Positions 1 through 9,680 are shown, counted from the stretch's first letter. The stretch is 64,000 nucleotides of DNA from Thermoproteota archaeon (GCA_027078475.1 JALWYH010000029.1:10808-74807); one strand, 5' to 3'. Numbers and translations are program-made. The notes: generated from the sequence alone by a model not told the origin.

Positions 1-75
1 ATGTCCTTCCGCCCGAGGTTCTGGAGGAGACGGTTAGGGCTTCAGAAGAGCTGTGGAAGCCGGTCAAGAAGGTGA
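1..75 (+). CDS. 3' end of upstream gene (partial). Frame 1 is open from the window edge and ends with TGA 73-75, overlapping the GTG start of sdhB (GTGA coupling).
   Basis: Open frame to the window edge and the stop/start overlap. Product not recognisable from 24 codons; sdhA is plausible by operon logic only. Confidence 0.25.
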   Translation: MSFRPRFWRRRLGLQKSCGSRSRR

Positions 76-854
76 AGTTCAGGATATACAAGTACAACCC
101 GAAGAAGGATTATGCTCCTCACTGGGAAGAGCACGAGCTTGAGGTATCGAAGGGAATGACTGTACTGGATGCCCTGCTTACCATAAAGGGAGAGATGGAT
201 CCCACCTTGGGGGTCAGGTATTCCTGCAGGATGGGCCTGTGCGGATCCTGCGCCATGATGATAAACGGGAAGCAGATGCTCGCATGTCAGACGAGGGTTC
301 TGGAGGCCGCAGGTGACGGCGATGTGGTTGAGCTCAGGCCGCTGGACAACTTCCCGGTGGAGAGGGATCTGGCAGCCGACTTCACCCACTTCTTCGAGAA
401 GCACAAATCCGTGAAGCCGTGGATAATAAGGAGCGATGAGGTCGAGCTTAACAACCCGACTGGACCCTACAAGCAGACGGTGGACGAGTACGCCAGGTAC
501 TATCAGTTCACCGATTGCATAAAGTGTGGAGCCTGCCTCTCAGCGTGCCCCACTGCCGCAACTGATTACGAATACCTCGGTCCCCAAGCCTTGGCCCAAG
601 CCTACAGGTACATGGTCGATACTAGGGACGACGGGTTGGACGTCAGGATAGCAGTGGTGGACACCGAGCATGGATGCTGGCGCTGCCACTTCGCTGCTTC
701 CTGCTCGGACGTATGTCCCAGAGGGGTGGATCCGGCTCAGGGGATACAGCTCCTGAAGAGGCTCATCATAAAGAGGAAGTTCGGTTACAAGCCTCACAAG
801 CCGGCCGAGGCCCTTCCCGCCAAGGTGAAGGCCGAGAGTAAGAGCGGGGGATGA
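72..854 (+). CDS. sdhB: Succinate dehydrogenase / fumarate reductase iron-sulfur subunit
   Basis: 2Fe-2S motif CRMGLCGSCAMMINGKQMLAC, 4Fe-4S CIKCGACLSACP, third cluster CWRCHFAASCSDVCP. N-term MKFRIYKYNP is typical. The frame is also open upstream to the window edge. Confidence 0.85.
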   Translation: MKFRIYKYNPKKDYAPHWEEHELEVSKGMTVLDALLTIKGEMDPTLGVRYSCRMGLCGSCAMMINGKQMLACQTRVLEAAGDGDVVELRPLDNFPVERDLAADFTHFFEKHKSVKPWIIRSDEVELNNPTGPYKQTVDEYARYYQFTDCIKCGACLSACPTAATDYEYLGPQALAQAYRYMVDTRDDGLDVRIAVVDTEHGCWRCHFAASCSDVCPRGVDPAQGIQLLKRLIIKRKFGYKPHKPAEALPAKVKAESKSGG

Positions 855-982
855 TCTCTCTCCTCCTTTACTCCCCTTTCCCTGTTTTGATGGATCATTG
901 CTGGACGAATGGGCCTAGTCTAGTTTATTAGTTGGCTTGCTGCCTGCGCCTGGGGGATGAGGTGGGATCAACCGGCTGAGCC

Positions 983-1717
983 GTGATGAATTTGCCGAGT
1001 CCCGACCCCCGCGAGAGTGGTAGCATGCTCTTCATCCTTCTCCTGCTGGCTCTGGCCTTGGCCCCCGGACTCTTCCTGCTAATGGTCTTCTACCTCAAGG
1101 ATCGCTACGAGAGGGAGTCCCTGTCCCTCGTGGGCAAGGTGTTCGTAGCCGGTGCGGCATCCATATTCCCGGCGGTTGTACTGGAGGACCTCCTGATAGG
1201 GGACCCCTCCCTAACCGGGATTAGAAACATCCCCCAGCTGGCTTACGTGGCCTACGCCGGTGTGGGACTACCGGAGGAGCTGGTGAAGTACCTGGTCGTG
1301 ATACTGATGGCCTACAGATCGAGCGAGTTCAACGAGCCGTTCGACGGGGTTGTCTACTCGGTGTCCTCCTCCCTAGGATTCGCCACTCTGGAGAACGTGT
1401 TCTACGTCCTGGAGGGAGGAATATCAGTGGGGATAGCCAGGGCCTTGCTGGCGGTCCCGAGCCACGCCTTGGATGGAGCAGTGATGGGGATCTACCTGGG
1501 AAGGGCCAAGATGATGGGCTACAGAGAGGGACTCGTCAAGGGGCTGATCTACCCCGCTCTGCTCCACGGCACCTACGACTTTCTGCTGCTACTTGATCCG
1601 GGCATCTTCCTGCTGGTGGGCATTCCGGTGATGCTCTATGCCCTCAGGTTCGTCATCAGGGGGATGAGAAGGCTCGAGGACTCCTCGCCCTTCAGGGTGG
1701 CGGTCGACCCCTCCTAA
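983..1717 (+). CDS. PrsW-family intramembrane metalloprotease-like membrane protein
   Basis: Multi-TM protein with PrsW signature blocks: GLPEELVKY (EExxK), FATLENVFY (FxxxE), HALDGAVMG, HGTYDFLL. The start may be the internal ATG ~1025. Confidence 0.5.
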   Translation: MMNLPSPDPRESGSMLFILLLLALALAPGLFLLMVFYLKDRYERESLSLVGKVFVAGAASIFPAVVLEDLLIGDPSLTGIRNIPQLAYVAYAGVGLPEELVKYLVVILMAYRSSEFNEPFDGVVYSVSSSLGFATLENVFYVLEGGISVGIARALLAVPSHALDGAVMGIYLGRAKMMGYREGLVKGLIYPALLHGTYDFLLLLDPGIFLLVGIPVMLYALRFVIRGMRRLEDSSPFRVAVDPS

Positions 1718-1748
1718 CCTTTATTTGCCCCCCTAACCAAGGAGGACG

Positions 1749-2432
1749 ATGCAGGGGGAGAGTGCCTTCTACAGGTGCGATGTCTGCGGCAGGGTGGTGG
1801 AGTCCTTCTGGGGAGAGGGGCCGCCATCTTGCCACGGGAGATCCATGACGCCCATGAGGTACAGGGGAAGGGAGGATGAGGGAGCCAGCGAGCACGAGCC
1901 GAGCATATTCGAGGAGGACGGCAGGATATACGTGGAGGTGGGGGTGGTACCCCACGAGATGGGGAACGGCTCGAGGATAGTCTGGATAGAGATAGTCGAC
2001 CGGGAGAGTCGCGTCAGGAAGTACCTGCTGGGCGATGAGCCGGGAACCACCTTCAGCAGGCCGAGGGGGGATTTTGAGGTCAGAATACTGTGCTCCAAGC
2101 ATGGTCTCTGGAGGTTCAGCTTCAAGGCAGCAGGAGAGGACCTTAGAAAGGCGGTCGACGATGCTGTGAGCAGATTCAATTCCCTCAGGGATCCGGAGGC
2201 CAAGGCAACCGTTCTGGAACTCAGAGGGGATGAGCTGAGAGTGGAGTTCACGGGCAATTTCTGCAGGACGTGTGGCTTCTATGATTACTTTGAGGATTTC
2301 AGGCTCGCGCTGCGGGACTCCGGCATCGAGGCCAAGACCGTGGAGATAGAGGAGTTCGAGGATGGCGCCGTGGTAACCTACAGACTGGGGGAGAATCATG
2401 GGGATGGAAGATCTGATAAGGAAGGTGAATGA
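1749..2432 (+). CDS. Desulfoferrodoxin / superoxide-reductase-like protein with an extra ~100-aa C-terminal domain
   Basis: N-term desulforedoxin-like YRCDVCGRVVE...SCHG. SOR centre II ligands EHEP, VPHEM, LCSKHGLW (C-x-x-HGLW as in P. furiosus SOR). C-terminal domain unassigned, contains CRTCG. Confidence 0.55.
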   Translation: MQGESAFYRCDVCGRVVESFWGEGPPSCHGRSMTPMRYRGREDEGASEHEPSIFEEDGRIYVEVGVVPHEMGNGSRIVWIEIVDRESRVRKYLLGDEPGTTFSRPRGDFEVRILCSKHGLWRFSFKAAGEDLRKAVDDAVSRFNSLRDPEAKATVLELRGDELRVEFTGNFCRTCGFYDYFEDFRLALRDSGIEAKTVEIEEFEDGAVVTYRLGENHGDGRSDKEGE

Positions 2433-3030
2433 GCTAAAGAGAAGCGAGATCTCCGACGTCATCAGGAGAAGGATGAGGGAATTCGAGGAAGTGGGAAAGG
2501 GGAGTAATGAAGAGATATTCAAAGAGCTGGCCTTCTGCCTGCTGACCGCGAACTACAGCGCAGAGGGGGGAATCAGGATACAGAGATCCCTGGACGATGG
2601 GCTCATCCACCTCCCGAGGGATGAGCTGGAGAAGAGGCTCAGGGAGCTGGGTCATCGCTTCCCCAGAGCCAGAGCCGAGTACATAGTCGAGGCTAGGAAG
2701 CTCATCCCCCACTTGAGGGAGATCCTCAAGAACTTCAGAGATGAGAGGACCCTCAGGGAATGGTTGGTGAGGAATGTAAGAGGGCTGGGATACAAGGAGG
2801 CCAGCCACTTCCTCAGGAACATAGGCTACAGGAACGTGGCCATAATAGACTATCATATAGTGGATGTGCTGGTCAGGCACGGGATAGTGGAGAGGCCGAG
2901 GAGCTTGACTAGAAGGAGGTATGTAGAAATAGAGAGGATACTTGAGAAGATCGCCGAGGCCACCGGCCTGAGTCTCGGAGAGCTGGATCTCTACCTGTGG
3001 TACATGGAGACCGGGAAGGTGCTTAAATAG
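2398..3030 (+). CDS. ogg: N-glycosylase/DNA lyase, archaeal Ogg2-type 8-oxoguanine glycosylase (HhH-GPD)
   Basis: ~207 aa. HhH-GPD block GLGYKEASHFLRNIGYRNVAIIDYHI. Overlaps the previous gene by ~35 nt; start could be 2404. Confidence 0.6.
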   Translation: MGMEDLIRKVNELKRSEISDVIRRRMREFEEVGKGSNEEIFKELAFCLLTANYSAEGGIRIQRSLDDGLIHLPRDELEKRLRELGHRFPRARAEYIVEARKLIPHLREILKNFRDERTLREWLVRNVRGLGYKEASHFLRNIGYRNVAIIDYHIVDVLVRHGIVERPRSLTRRRYVEIERILEKIAEATGLSLGELDLYLWYMETGKVLK

Positions 3031-3059
3031 GTGCGGCAGCCCGCCACAGGGGTGATCGA

Positions 3060-3533
3060 ATGAGGAGTTTGAGCAGGGATGTGGCCATGCTGGCGGTGAT
3101 GGCGGCAGCCTACGCGGCTCTAACACTCCTTCTCGCTCCCATATCGTTCTACGCGGTACAGGTGAGAGTGGCCGATGCCCTCCTGGCTCTATCTGTAGTG
3201 ATGGGTCCACCGGCCGTCCTAGGAACCGCCTTGGGATGCTTCATCGCCAACATGCTCGGACCATTCGGCATAGTTGACGCGGTCGGGGGCTCCCTAGCGA
3301 ATCTGATCGCCACCACACTTGCTTGGAAGCTCAAGAGCAGGCGGATACTGGCACTGGGTCAGATGCCCTTCACAGTCTCCCTCATAGTGTCCGCGTACCT
3401 CTACCAGCTGTTCGACCAGCCCTTCCTGATCACCTTCGTTTACATACTGGTGGGGTCTATAGTGTCTATTGATGTCATAGGGCTGGCCCTGCTCAAGGCG
3501 GTGGAGAGAGTGTACAGGGCTGGACCCCCGTGA
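3060..3533 (+). CDS. Small polytopic membrane protein, ECF-transporter S-component-like (QueT-like?)
   Basis: 157 aa, about five hydrophobic TM segments. N-terminal block LLAPISFYAVQVRVADAL resembles S-component/QueT family proteins. No A/T components nearby. Confidence 0.4.
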   Translation: MRSLSRDVAMLAVMAAAYAALTLLLAPISFYAVQVRVADALLALSVVMGPPAVLGTALGCFIANMLGPFGIVDAVGGSLANLIATTLAWKLKSRRILALGQMPFTVSLIVSAYLYQLFDQPFLITFVYILVGSIVSIDVIGLALLKAVERVYRAGPP

Positions 3534-3540
3534 TCGCCCC

Positions 3541-3550
3541 CTGTTTTTAC
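3541..3550 (+). terminator. Oligo-T tract (ctgtttttac) just after the membrane-protein gene
   Basis: T5 run 3544-3548 immediately 3' of the stop, as in archaeal terminators. Confidence 0.3.
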
Positions 3551-3757
3551 CATGGGACCTACGACGGTTAATGAATGGCTCATCGACCATGACCAAGATT
3601 CACACCGAGCCCTTCAAACCCTCGTTTATATAATTCTTGTTTATTTCCAGTTCGTAACATACTAACTTTTAATATTTGATGGATGCGGATGCCCGGTTAA
3701 AGCTATAGACCACGTTTGGCCCAGCTATGCCACTTCGGCAGGCTGGAAGGTGGTTGT

Positions 3758-4843
3758 ATGAGAGCTGATAGGAAGGTTGGAATTGTTGGCTGGGGGGTTT
3801 ACGTACCCAAGTGGCGCATAAAGTCGGAGGAACTCGCCAGGGGATGGGGAAGGGATTGGAACAGGTACGCCGCGGGAATAATGGTCGAGGAGAAGAGCGT
3901 GCCCGGGATAGATGAGGATACCTTCACCATCGCCTACGAGGCCTCCGTGAACGCCCTAAAGCGGGCGCGCCTGGACGCGTCATTGCTGAGGGCCGTCTAC
4001 GTTGGAACGGAGTCTAAGCCCTACGCGGTCAAGACCACCGCCACCATGCTGATAGACGCCCTAGGTGCTGGGGGCAATGGCAGGCTCACCACGGGAGCGG
4101 ACTACGAGTTCGCCTGCAAGGCCGGGACGGAGGCGATGCAGTCGGTCATCGGCCTAGTCGGCTCGGGCATGATAGAATATGGGCTGGCAGTAGGGGCTGA
4201 TACAGCCCAAGGAGCTCCTGGAGATGCCTTAGAGTACACTGCAGCAGCGGGAGGAGCCGCCTACATTATAGGGCCGGCTGAGAGGTCGGTAGCTATCATA
4301 GAGGCATCTCTCTCCCACGTGACAGATACGCCAGACTTCTGGAGGAGGCAACATGAGAGGTATCCCGCCCACACTAGGGCCTTCACGGGGGAACCGGCCT
4401 ACTTCAAGCACATAGTGACTGCCGCCAGGGAGCTCATGAGCCTGATGGGGACCGGGCCGGAGGACTACGACTACGCGGTTTTCCACCAGCCCAATGGGAA
4501 GTACCCCCTGAGGGTGGGGACAAGGCTGGGGTTCACTCCGGATAAGTTAAAGCCGGGTCTCATAACTCCCTACATTGGGAACACCTACAGCGGGTCGGCC
4601 CTGGTGGGGCTGGCCGCGGTTCTGGATCAGGCGAAGCCCGGGCAGAGGATACTGGTCGTCTCATTCGGATCTGGGGCTGGAAGCGACGCCTTCCACATAG
4701 AGGTCGGGGATGGCATAGAGGAGGTGCAGGGACTGGCCCCCAAGACACTGGACTACGTATCGCGCAAGGAGTACGTTGATTACACGACCTACGCCAGGTA
4801 CAGGAGGATGATCCGCATGCTCCACGATTTCAGCGCCTACTGA
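3758..4843 (+). CDS. Hydroxymethylglutaryl-CoA synthase (archaeal mevalonate pathway)
   Basis: N-term MRADRKVGIVGWGVYVPKWRI. Active-site EFACKAGTEAM. Start taken at the internal ATG 3758 rather than the ORF-track 3716. Confidence 0.85.
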   Translation: MRADRKVGIVGWGVYVPKWRIKSEELARGWGRDWNRYAAGIMVEEKSVPGIDEDTFTIAYEASVNALKRARLDASLLRAVYVGTESKPYAVKTTATMLIDALGAGGNGRLTTGADYEFACKAGTEAMQSVIGLVGSGMIEYGLAVGADTAQGAPGDALEYTAAAGGAAYIIGPAERSVAIIEASLSHVTDTPDFWRRQHERYPAHTRAFTGEPAYFKHIVTAARELMSLMGTGPEDYDYAVFHQPNGKYPLRVGTRLGFTPDKLKPGLITPYIGNTYSGSALVGLAAVLDQAKPGQRILVVSFGSGAGSDAFHIEVGDGIEEVQGLAPKTLDYVSRKEYVDYTTYARYRRMIRMLHDFSAY

Positions 4844-4855
4844 GGGGGTGATGCC

Positions 4856-5989
4856 ATGGTGTATATAGTTGGGGCCGGCCTGACCAAGGTCGGGAATCAC
4901 TGGAACAGGTCCCTCAGGCACCTGGCGGCCGAGGCCGCGCTGTCGGCCATGGAGGATGCTTCCGTTGAGGAGGTCGACTACGTGGTCGTGGCGAATGCCC
5001 TCTCCGGGGTGATCAACGGGCAGGAGAACCTGGCATCCTACGTCACCACGCATCTGGGGATGACAGGGACCCCGGCTGTGAAGGTGGAGGCAGCAGGAGC
5101 CTCAGGAGGAGCTGCACTCCTGATGGCGAGGTCGTTGATCTCCGGGAGAATGGCTGACAGGGTCATGGTGGTGGGAGTGGAGAAGATGACCGACTACACC
5201 GCTCTTGAGGATTCGACCGCCGCCCTGTCTACGTTCATAGACTCGGAGTACGAGGCCTTCCCTGGCGGAACGCTGGACTCCATCCACGCCCTGATGATGA
5301 GGGCCTACATGAGGAAGTACGATGTCCCCAGGGAGGAGTTCTCCCACCTACCCGTGCTCATGCACGAGAATGCCTCCACCACCCCTCACGCGCAGCTCAG
5401 ATTTAAGTTGAAGCCAAAGAGCTACGAGGCCTCTCCTGTGATAGCGGAACCCATAAAGATGCTCGATCTAGCTCCTCTGAGCGATGGCGCCGCCGCCGTG
5501 GTCCTGTCGAGGGAGGCTGGCAGGGAGTTCAGCGTCGAGATAGTCGGTTCCGGCCAGGCCACCGACACGATCTCGGCCTACAGGAGGGAGGACCTCACCC
5601 AGCTTCCGTCCGTCAGGGCTGCCTTCAAGAGGGCTCTGAGCGAGTCTCCCGACTTCAAGCCAGATTTCTACGCGATACACGACTACTCAAGCGTGATGGG
5701 GTACGTGGAGGCGGAGGAGCTGGGGCTCGCGGGGAGAGGAGAGGCAGCACAATTCTTCAGCAGTGAGGAGGCAAGGAGGAATGGGTCCAGCCCTGTCAAT
5801 CCAGAGGGAGGGCTCAAGGCGAGGGGAAATCCCATCGGAGCCACCGGAGTGTACCAGGCGGCGGAAGCCTTCCTTCAGTTGACGGGGAGGGCTGAGGGAT
5901 GGCAGGTGCCAGGGGCCAGGAGCGCGCTCCTCCTGAGCGTCGGGGGCTTGGGAGCCAACTCCGTGGTTCACCTAGTCAGGGGGGTGTGA
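4856..5989 (+). CDS. Acetyl-CoA C-acetyltransferase (thiolase), archaeal type
   Basis: Thiolase-fold motifs (GxxGGxxA, C-terminal GGLGANSVVH). Immediately follows HMGCS and precedes DUF35. Confidence 0.8.
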   Translation: MVYIVGAGLTKVGNHWNRSLRHLAAEAALSAMEDASVEEVDYVVVANALSGVINGQENLASYVTTHLGMTGTPAVKVEAAGASGGAALLMARSLISGRMADRVMVVGVEKMTDYTALEDSTAALSTFIDSEYEAFPGGTLDSIHALMMRAYMRKYDVPREEFSHLPVLMHENASTTPHAQLRFKLKPKSYEASPVIAEPIKMLDLAPLSDGAAAVVLSREAGREFSVEIVGSGQATDTISAYRREDLTQLPSVRAAFKRALSESPDFKPDFYAIHDYSSVMGYVEAEELGLAGRGEAAQFFSSEEARRNGSSPVNPEGGLKARGNPIGATGVYQAAEAFLQLTGRAEGWQVPGARSALLLSVGGLGANSVVHLVRGV

Positions 5990-5996
5990 TGAGATC

Positions 5997-6407
5997 ATGT
6001 GGGCATACTGGCAGAGTGTTCCCGCTCACTGGAGGGAACTTCCAGCCAGGTACAGGCTGGAGGGGGGAAAGTGCAGAGACTGTGGCCACACGACCCTGCC
6101 GGACGAGATGGTCTGCCCGGTATGCGGGTCGAAGAACATCGAGAGGATTAACCTACCTAGGAGGGGCAAGGTGGTCAATTACTCAGTCATTTGGAACGCT
6201 CCCAGGGGTTACGAGTACTACACACCTTACGTAGTTGCCTTGATAGAGCTGGAAGATGGGACGAGGATTTTCTCCCAGCTGACGGACGTGCATCCCGACG
6301 AGGTGAGGGAAGGGATGGAAGTGGAGATGGTGCTCAGGAAGACCCGCGTGAGCGGCGAATCCGGCCTGATAGCCTACTCATACAAGTTCAGACCGGTGAT
6401 GGACTGA
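5997..6407 (+). CDS. DUF35 OB-fold / zinc-ribbon protein (scaffold of the archaeal thiolase/HMGCS complex)
   Basis: Zn ribbon CRDCGHTTLPDEMVCPVCGS followed by an OB-fold. Conserved third gene of the archaeal operon. Confidence 0.75.
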   Translation: MWAYWQSVPAHWRELPARYRLEGGKCRDCGHTTLPDEMVCPVCGSKNIERINLPRRGKVVNYSVIWNAPRGYEYYTPYVVALIELEDGTRIFSQLTDVHPDEVREGMEVEMVLRKTRVSGESGLIAYSYKFRPVMD

Positions 6408-6451
6408 ATCGCCCATCCAACCTTTTTTACTTAGAGGCGCTGGATCGGTCG

Positions 6452-7780
6452 ATGACGCTCCATTACAGGGGAAGGGCGGGTCGTATCCTGTCATCCTTGG
6501 GCGTAGAGGATTACGACAGGGTGAGGGTCGTCAAGGGCGACAGGATCTACGAGGGCATAGTCATACCCAGACCGGAGATATTCGATGATGAGCACATCGT
6601 CCTGAAGCTGGATAACGGGTATAACGTGGGAATCAACATAAAGGGAGCCAGGATTGAGCTTGTGAGCAAGGGAAGGCCGGCGAGAAGGGTGGAGATACCC
6701 TCCATCAGGTTCAGGGAGGACCTCCCCCGCGTGCCCCTGGTGGTGACCGGGGGGACTATAACCTCCAGGGTGGACTACTCCACGGGCGCCGTGATATCCC
6801 ACGAGAGGCCGGAGGAGCTTCTTGACATAGTGCCCGAGCTGGCTGAGATAGCCAATATCGAGTACGTCCCCCTGTTCGCCGAATTCAGCGAGAACCTGAC
6901 TCCGGAGCACTGGAGGAGGATAGCGAGGGCGGTTCACGACCAGCTCAGGGGAGGGGCGGAGGGAGTCATAGTGGCCCACGGGACGGACACGATGCACTTC
7001 ACCGCGGCAGCCCTGGCCTTCATGCTGCGTAACCTAGACAAGCCGGTGGTCCTTGTGGGCTCGCAGAGGTCCATAGACAGGCCGTCGACGGATGCGGTCC
7101 TCAACCTGATAGCGGCAGCCAGGGTCGCGGCCCAAGGGCCGGTGGCCGAGTCGGTCATAGTCATGCACGGGAGCCCACATGACGACTACGCCTTCGTGTT
7201 GAGAGGTGTGAGGGCCAGGAAGCTCCACACATCCAGGAGGGATGCCTTTCAGCCGGTCAATGAGCCTCCCCTGGCCAGAGTGACCCGGGATCGCATAGAG
7301 ATCATGTCAGACAGATTCAATCCCAGGAGGGAGGGCAGGAGCCAGGTGGAGCTGGACGACAGGCTGGAACCGAACGTGGCCCTGATTCACGTGTGGCCGG
7401 GAATGCCGGAGCACTTGCTTAGGTATGCCGGAGAGAGGTTCAGGGGGCTGGTGATAGCTGGAACGGGCCTTGGGCATGTGCCCCGCTACCTCATCCCGAT
7501 CATCGGATCCATAGTAGACAGTGGAGTACCCGTGGTCATGACCTCACAGTGCCTCTTCGGGAGGGTCGACCTTCAGGTGTACGAGACGGGAAGGCGCCTA
7601 CTGGTTGCCGGGGTCATTCCAGGCGGTGACATGCTCCCGGAGGTCGCTCTGATAAAGCTGATGTACGCTCTGGGGCACTCAGGGGACATGGAGGGGGTGA
7701 GGGAGATAATGGGGAGGAACCTGGCCGGAGAGCTGGGGGCCCACCTGGGGCTGAACGTGTTCCCGCCTTGCTGGAGGTGA
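6452..7780 (+). CDS. gatD: Glutamyl-tRNA(Gln) amidotransferase subunit D
   Basis: Asparaginase-like domain (TGGTITS, HGTDTM). ~443 aa from ATG 6452. The ORF-track N-extension 6191-6451 overlaps DUF35 and is rejected. Confidence 0.85.
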   Translation: MTLHYRGRAGRILSSLGVEDYDRVRVVKGDRIYEGIVIPRPEIFDDEHIVLKLDNGYNVGINIKGARIELVSKGRPARRVEIPSIRFREDLPRVPLVVTGGTITSRVDYSTGAVISHERPEELLDIVPELAEIANIEYVPLFAEFSENLTPEHWRRIARAVHDQLRGGAEGVIVAHGTDTMHFTAAALAFMLRNLDKPVVLVGSQRSIDRPSTDAVLNLIAAARVAAQGPVAESVIVMHGSPHDDYAFVLRGVRARKLHTSRRDAFQPVNEPPLARVTRDRIEIMSDRFNPRREGRSQVELDDRLEPNVALIHVWPGMPEHLLRYAGERFRGLVIAGTGLGHVPRYLIPIIGSIVDSGVPVVMTSQCLFGRVDLQVYETGRRLLVAGVIPGGDMLPEVALIKLMYALGHSGDMEGVREIMGRNLAGELGAHLGLNVFPPCWR

Positions 7781-7784
7781 TCCC

Positions 7785-9680
7785 ATGGATGTGGACTACA
7801 GGGGCGTGGGTCTCAAGGTGGGGCTGGAGATTCACCAGAGGCTCGACACCCACAAGCTGTTCTGCGGCTGTCCATCCCTCATGAGGGATGACGAGCCCCA
7901 CGAGTGGATAAGGAGGAGGCTGGGTGTTTCGTACAGCGAGCTGGGTGCTGTCGATCCGGCTGCCAGGTTCGAGTCCCTGAGGAGGAGGGAGTTCCTCTAC
8001 GGGATCTACCACGACACCACCTGCGAGGTGGAGGCCGATGAGGCCCCTCCCCACCCGATGAACGAGGAGGCACTGGAGATCTCCCTCGTCATAGCCCTCA
8101 TGCTGGGGATGAGGCCCGTGGACGAGGTTCACGTGATGAGGAAGATAGTGGTCGATGGAAGCAACACGACCGGATTCCAGAGGACGGCCCTCGTTGCCTT
8201 AGGCGGAGAGGGGAGTGGTGTTGAGACCCGATGGGGGAGGGTCAGGATGGCCACTCTCTGCCTGGAGGAGGAATCTGCCTACATAGTTGAGAGCAGTCCG
8301 GAGAGGGCCAAGTATAGGTTGGACAGGCTGGGGATACCGCTGGTGGAGCTGGCGACCGAACCCGACATATGGGATCCGGAGCAGGCTAAGGAGGCGGCGC
8401 TTAAGCTGGGGAGGATACTGAGAGCTACTGGAAGGGTCCAGAGGGGGCTGGGGACCATAAGGCAGGACATAAACGTGTCGATAGATGGAGGGGCAAGACA
8501 GGAGATAAAGGGGGTTCAGGACCTATATCTAATCCCGGAGATAATAAGGAGGGAGGTCCTCAGACAGCTCAGCCTGCTGGAGATAAGGGATGAGCTCAGG
8601 AGGAGAGGCGTGAAGGAGGAGGACCTGGATGCGCCCGTTTTGGACCTCACCCCTGTCCTCTCGTCCTCCAGCTCCAAGCTTGTTTCCAGAGCCCTGTCCA
8701 AGGGAGAGAGGGTGTTCGGACTGAGGGCGAGGGGATTTTCGGGCATAATGGGCAGGGAGCTCCAGCCGGGCAGGAGGTTCGGAACGGAGCTAGCTGACTA
8801 CGCCAAGGTGTTCGGCGGGGTCAAGGGAATCCTGCACGGGGATGAGCTACCGGGATACGGAATAGGACGGGAGGAGGTTGATGAGATAAGGAGGAAGCTG
8901 AGTTGTGAGGAGGAAGATTCCTTCGTGCTGGTGATCGGGAAGGAGGAGGCCGCGAGGCTGGCGCTGGACTCGGTGAGGGAGAGGATGAAGCAGGCCCTGA
9001 GAGGGGTACCTAGCGAGACTAGGAGGGCGCTCCCAGACGGGAACACGGCCTTCATGAGGCCGATGCCCGGCTCCGCCAGGATGTACCCCGAGACGGATGT
9101 GATGCCGGTGAAGGTCGGGCCGATCTTGGAGCGCATGGGTGAGCTTCCCAAGATGCCGGAGGAGCAGATCAGGGAGCTGGTGGACAGGTACGACCTGACG
9201 GAGGATCTGGCGTGGGAGCTATTCGATGAGGGCAAGGTGCCCATCTTCGAGAGGCTGAGCGGCTACGGCGTTTCCACCAGGTTCCTAGCATCCATGCTGG
9301 TATCCACGGTAAGGTCTCTCAGGAGGGAGGGAGAGCCGGTCGAGAACCTCAGGGAGGAGCATTTCGAGGAGGTGGTCAGGCTACTGGGGAAGGGATTGCT
9401 GGCCAAGGAGGCGGTGCCGGATGTCCTAAGATCCCTCTCCAAGGGAGAGTACACAAGCGCCGAGGAGTACGTCAGGACCCATCGCATGACCCAAGAGGAG
9501 CTGGATCGAGTCATCGATGAGGTCTTAGGGGAGCTCGCCGGGAAGGTGAGGGAGAGGGGAGAAAGGGCCTACGGGATGGTCATGGGAGAGGTGATGAGAA
9601 AGGTCAGGGGAAAAATAGACGGCTCCTTGGTGAGCAAAAAGGTCAAGGAGAAGCTAAAAGAATTCCTCGAGGCTGGTTGA
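7785..9680 (+). CDS. gatE: Glutamyl-tRNA(Gln) amidotransferase subunit E
   Basis: GatB/E family kinase domain plus a C-terminal YqeY-like domain. Directly follows gatD; 631 aa. Confidence 0.85.
   Translation: MDVDYRGVGLKVGLEIHQRLDTHKLFCGCPSLMRDDEPHEWIRRRLGVSYSELGAVDPAARFESLRRREFLYGIYHDTTCEVEADEAPPHPMNEEALEISLVIALMLGMRPVDEVHVMRKIVVDGSNTTGFQRTALVALGGEGSGVETRWGRVRMATLCLEEESAYIVESSPERAKYRLDRLGIPLVELATEPDIWDPEQAKEAALKLGRILRATGRVQRGLGTIRQDINVSIDGGARQEIKGVQDLYLIPEIIRREVLRQLSLLEIRDELRRRGVKEEDLDAPVLDLTPVLSSSSSKLVSRALSKGERVFGLRARGFSGIMGRELQPGRRFGTELADYAKVFGGVKGILHGDELPGYGIGREEVDEIRRKLSCEEEDSFVLVIGKEEAARLALDSVRERMKQALRGVPSETRRALPDGNTAFMRPMPGSARMYPETDVMPVKVGPILERMGELPKMPEEQIRELVDRYDLTEDLAWELFDEGKVPIFERLSGYGVSTRFLASMLVSTVRSLRREGEPVENLREEHFEEVVRLLGKGLLAKEAVPDVLRSLSKGEYTSAEEYVRTHRMTQEELDRVIDEVLGELAGKVRERGERAYGMVMGEVMRKVRGKIDGSLVSKKVKEKLKEFLEAG

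Noticed and set aside
983-989. C-box-like GTGATGA with a nearby CTGA
   Set aside because: It is the GTG-ATG start of the membrane-protease gene. No D box downstream at sRNA spacing.
1692-2522. 276-aa minus-strand ORF fully antisense to the SOR-like gene
   Set aside because: Pro/Ser/Leu-rich low-complexity translation typical of antisense frames in GC-rich DNA. The plus-strand frame carries recognisable metal-binding motifs.
2434-3210. 258-aa minus-strand ORF antisense to the Ogg-type glycosylase
   Set aside because: No domain signature and a Pro/Leu/Ser bias. The sense frame is a clear HhH-GPD protein.
6191-6451. N-terminal 87-codon extension of the gatD ORF overlapping the DUF35 gene
   Set aside because: Arg/Gly-rich, no GatD homology. 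A proper ATG at 6452 gives the expected ~440-aa GatD.
8798-9514. Serine-rich minus-strand ORFs (148 and 83 aa) inside gatE
   Set aside because: Low-complexity antisense translations of a well-supported gene.
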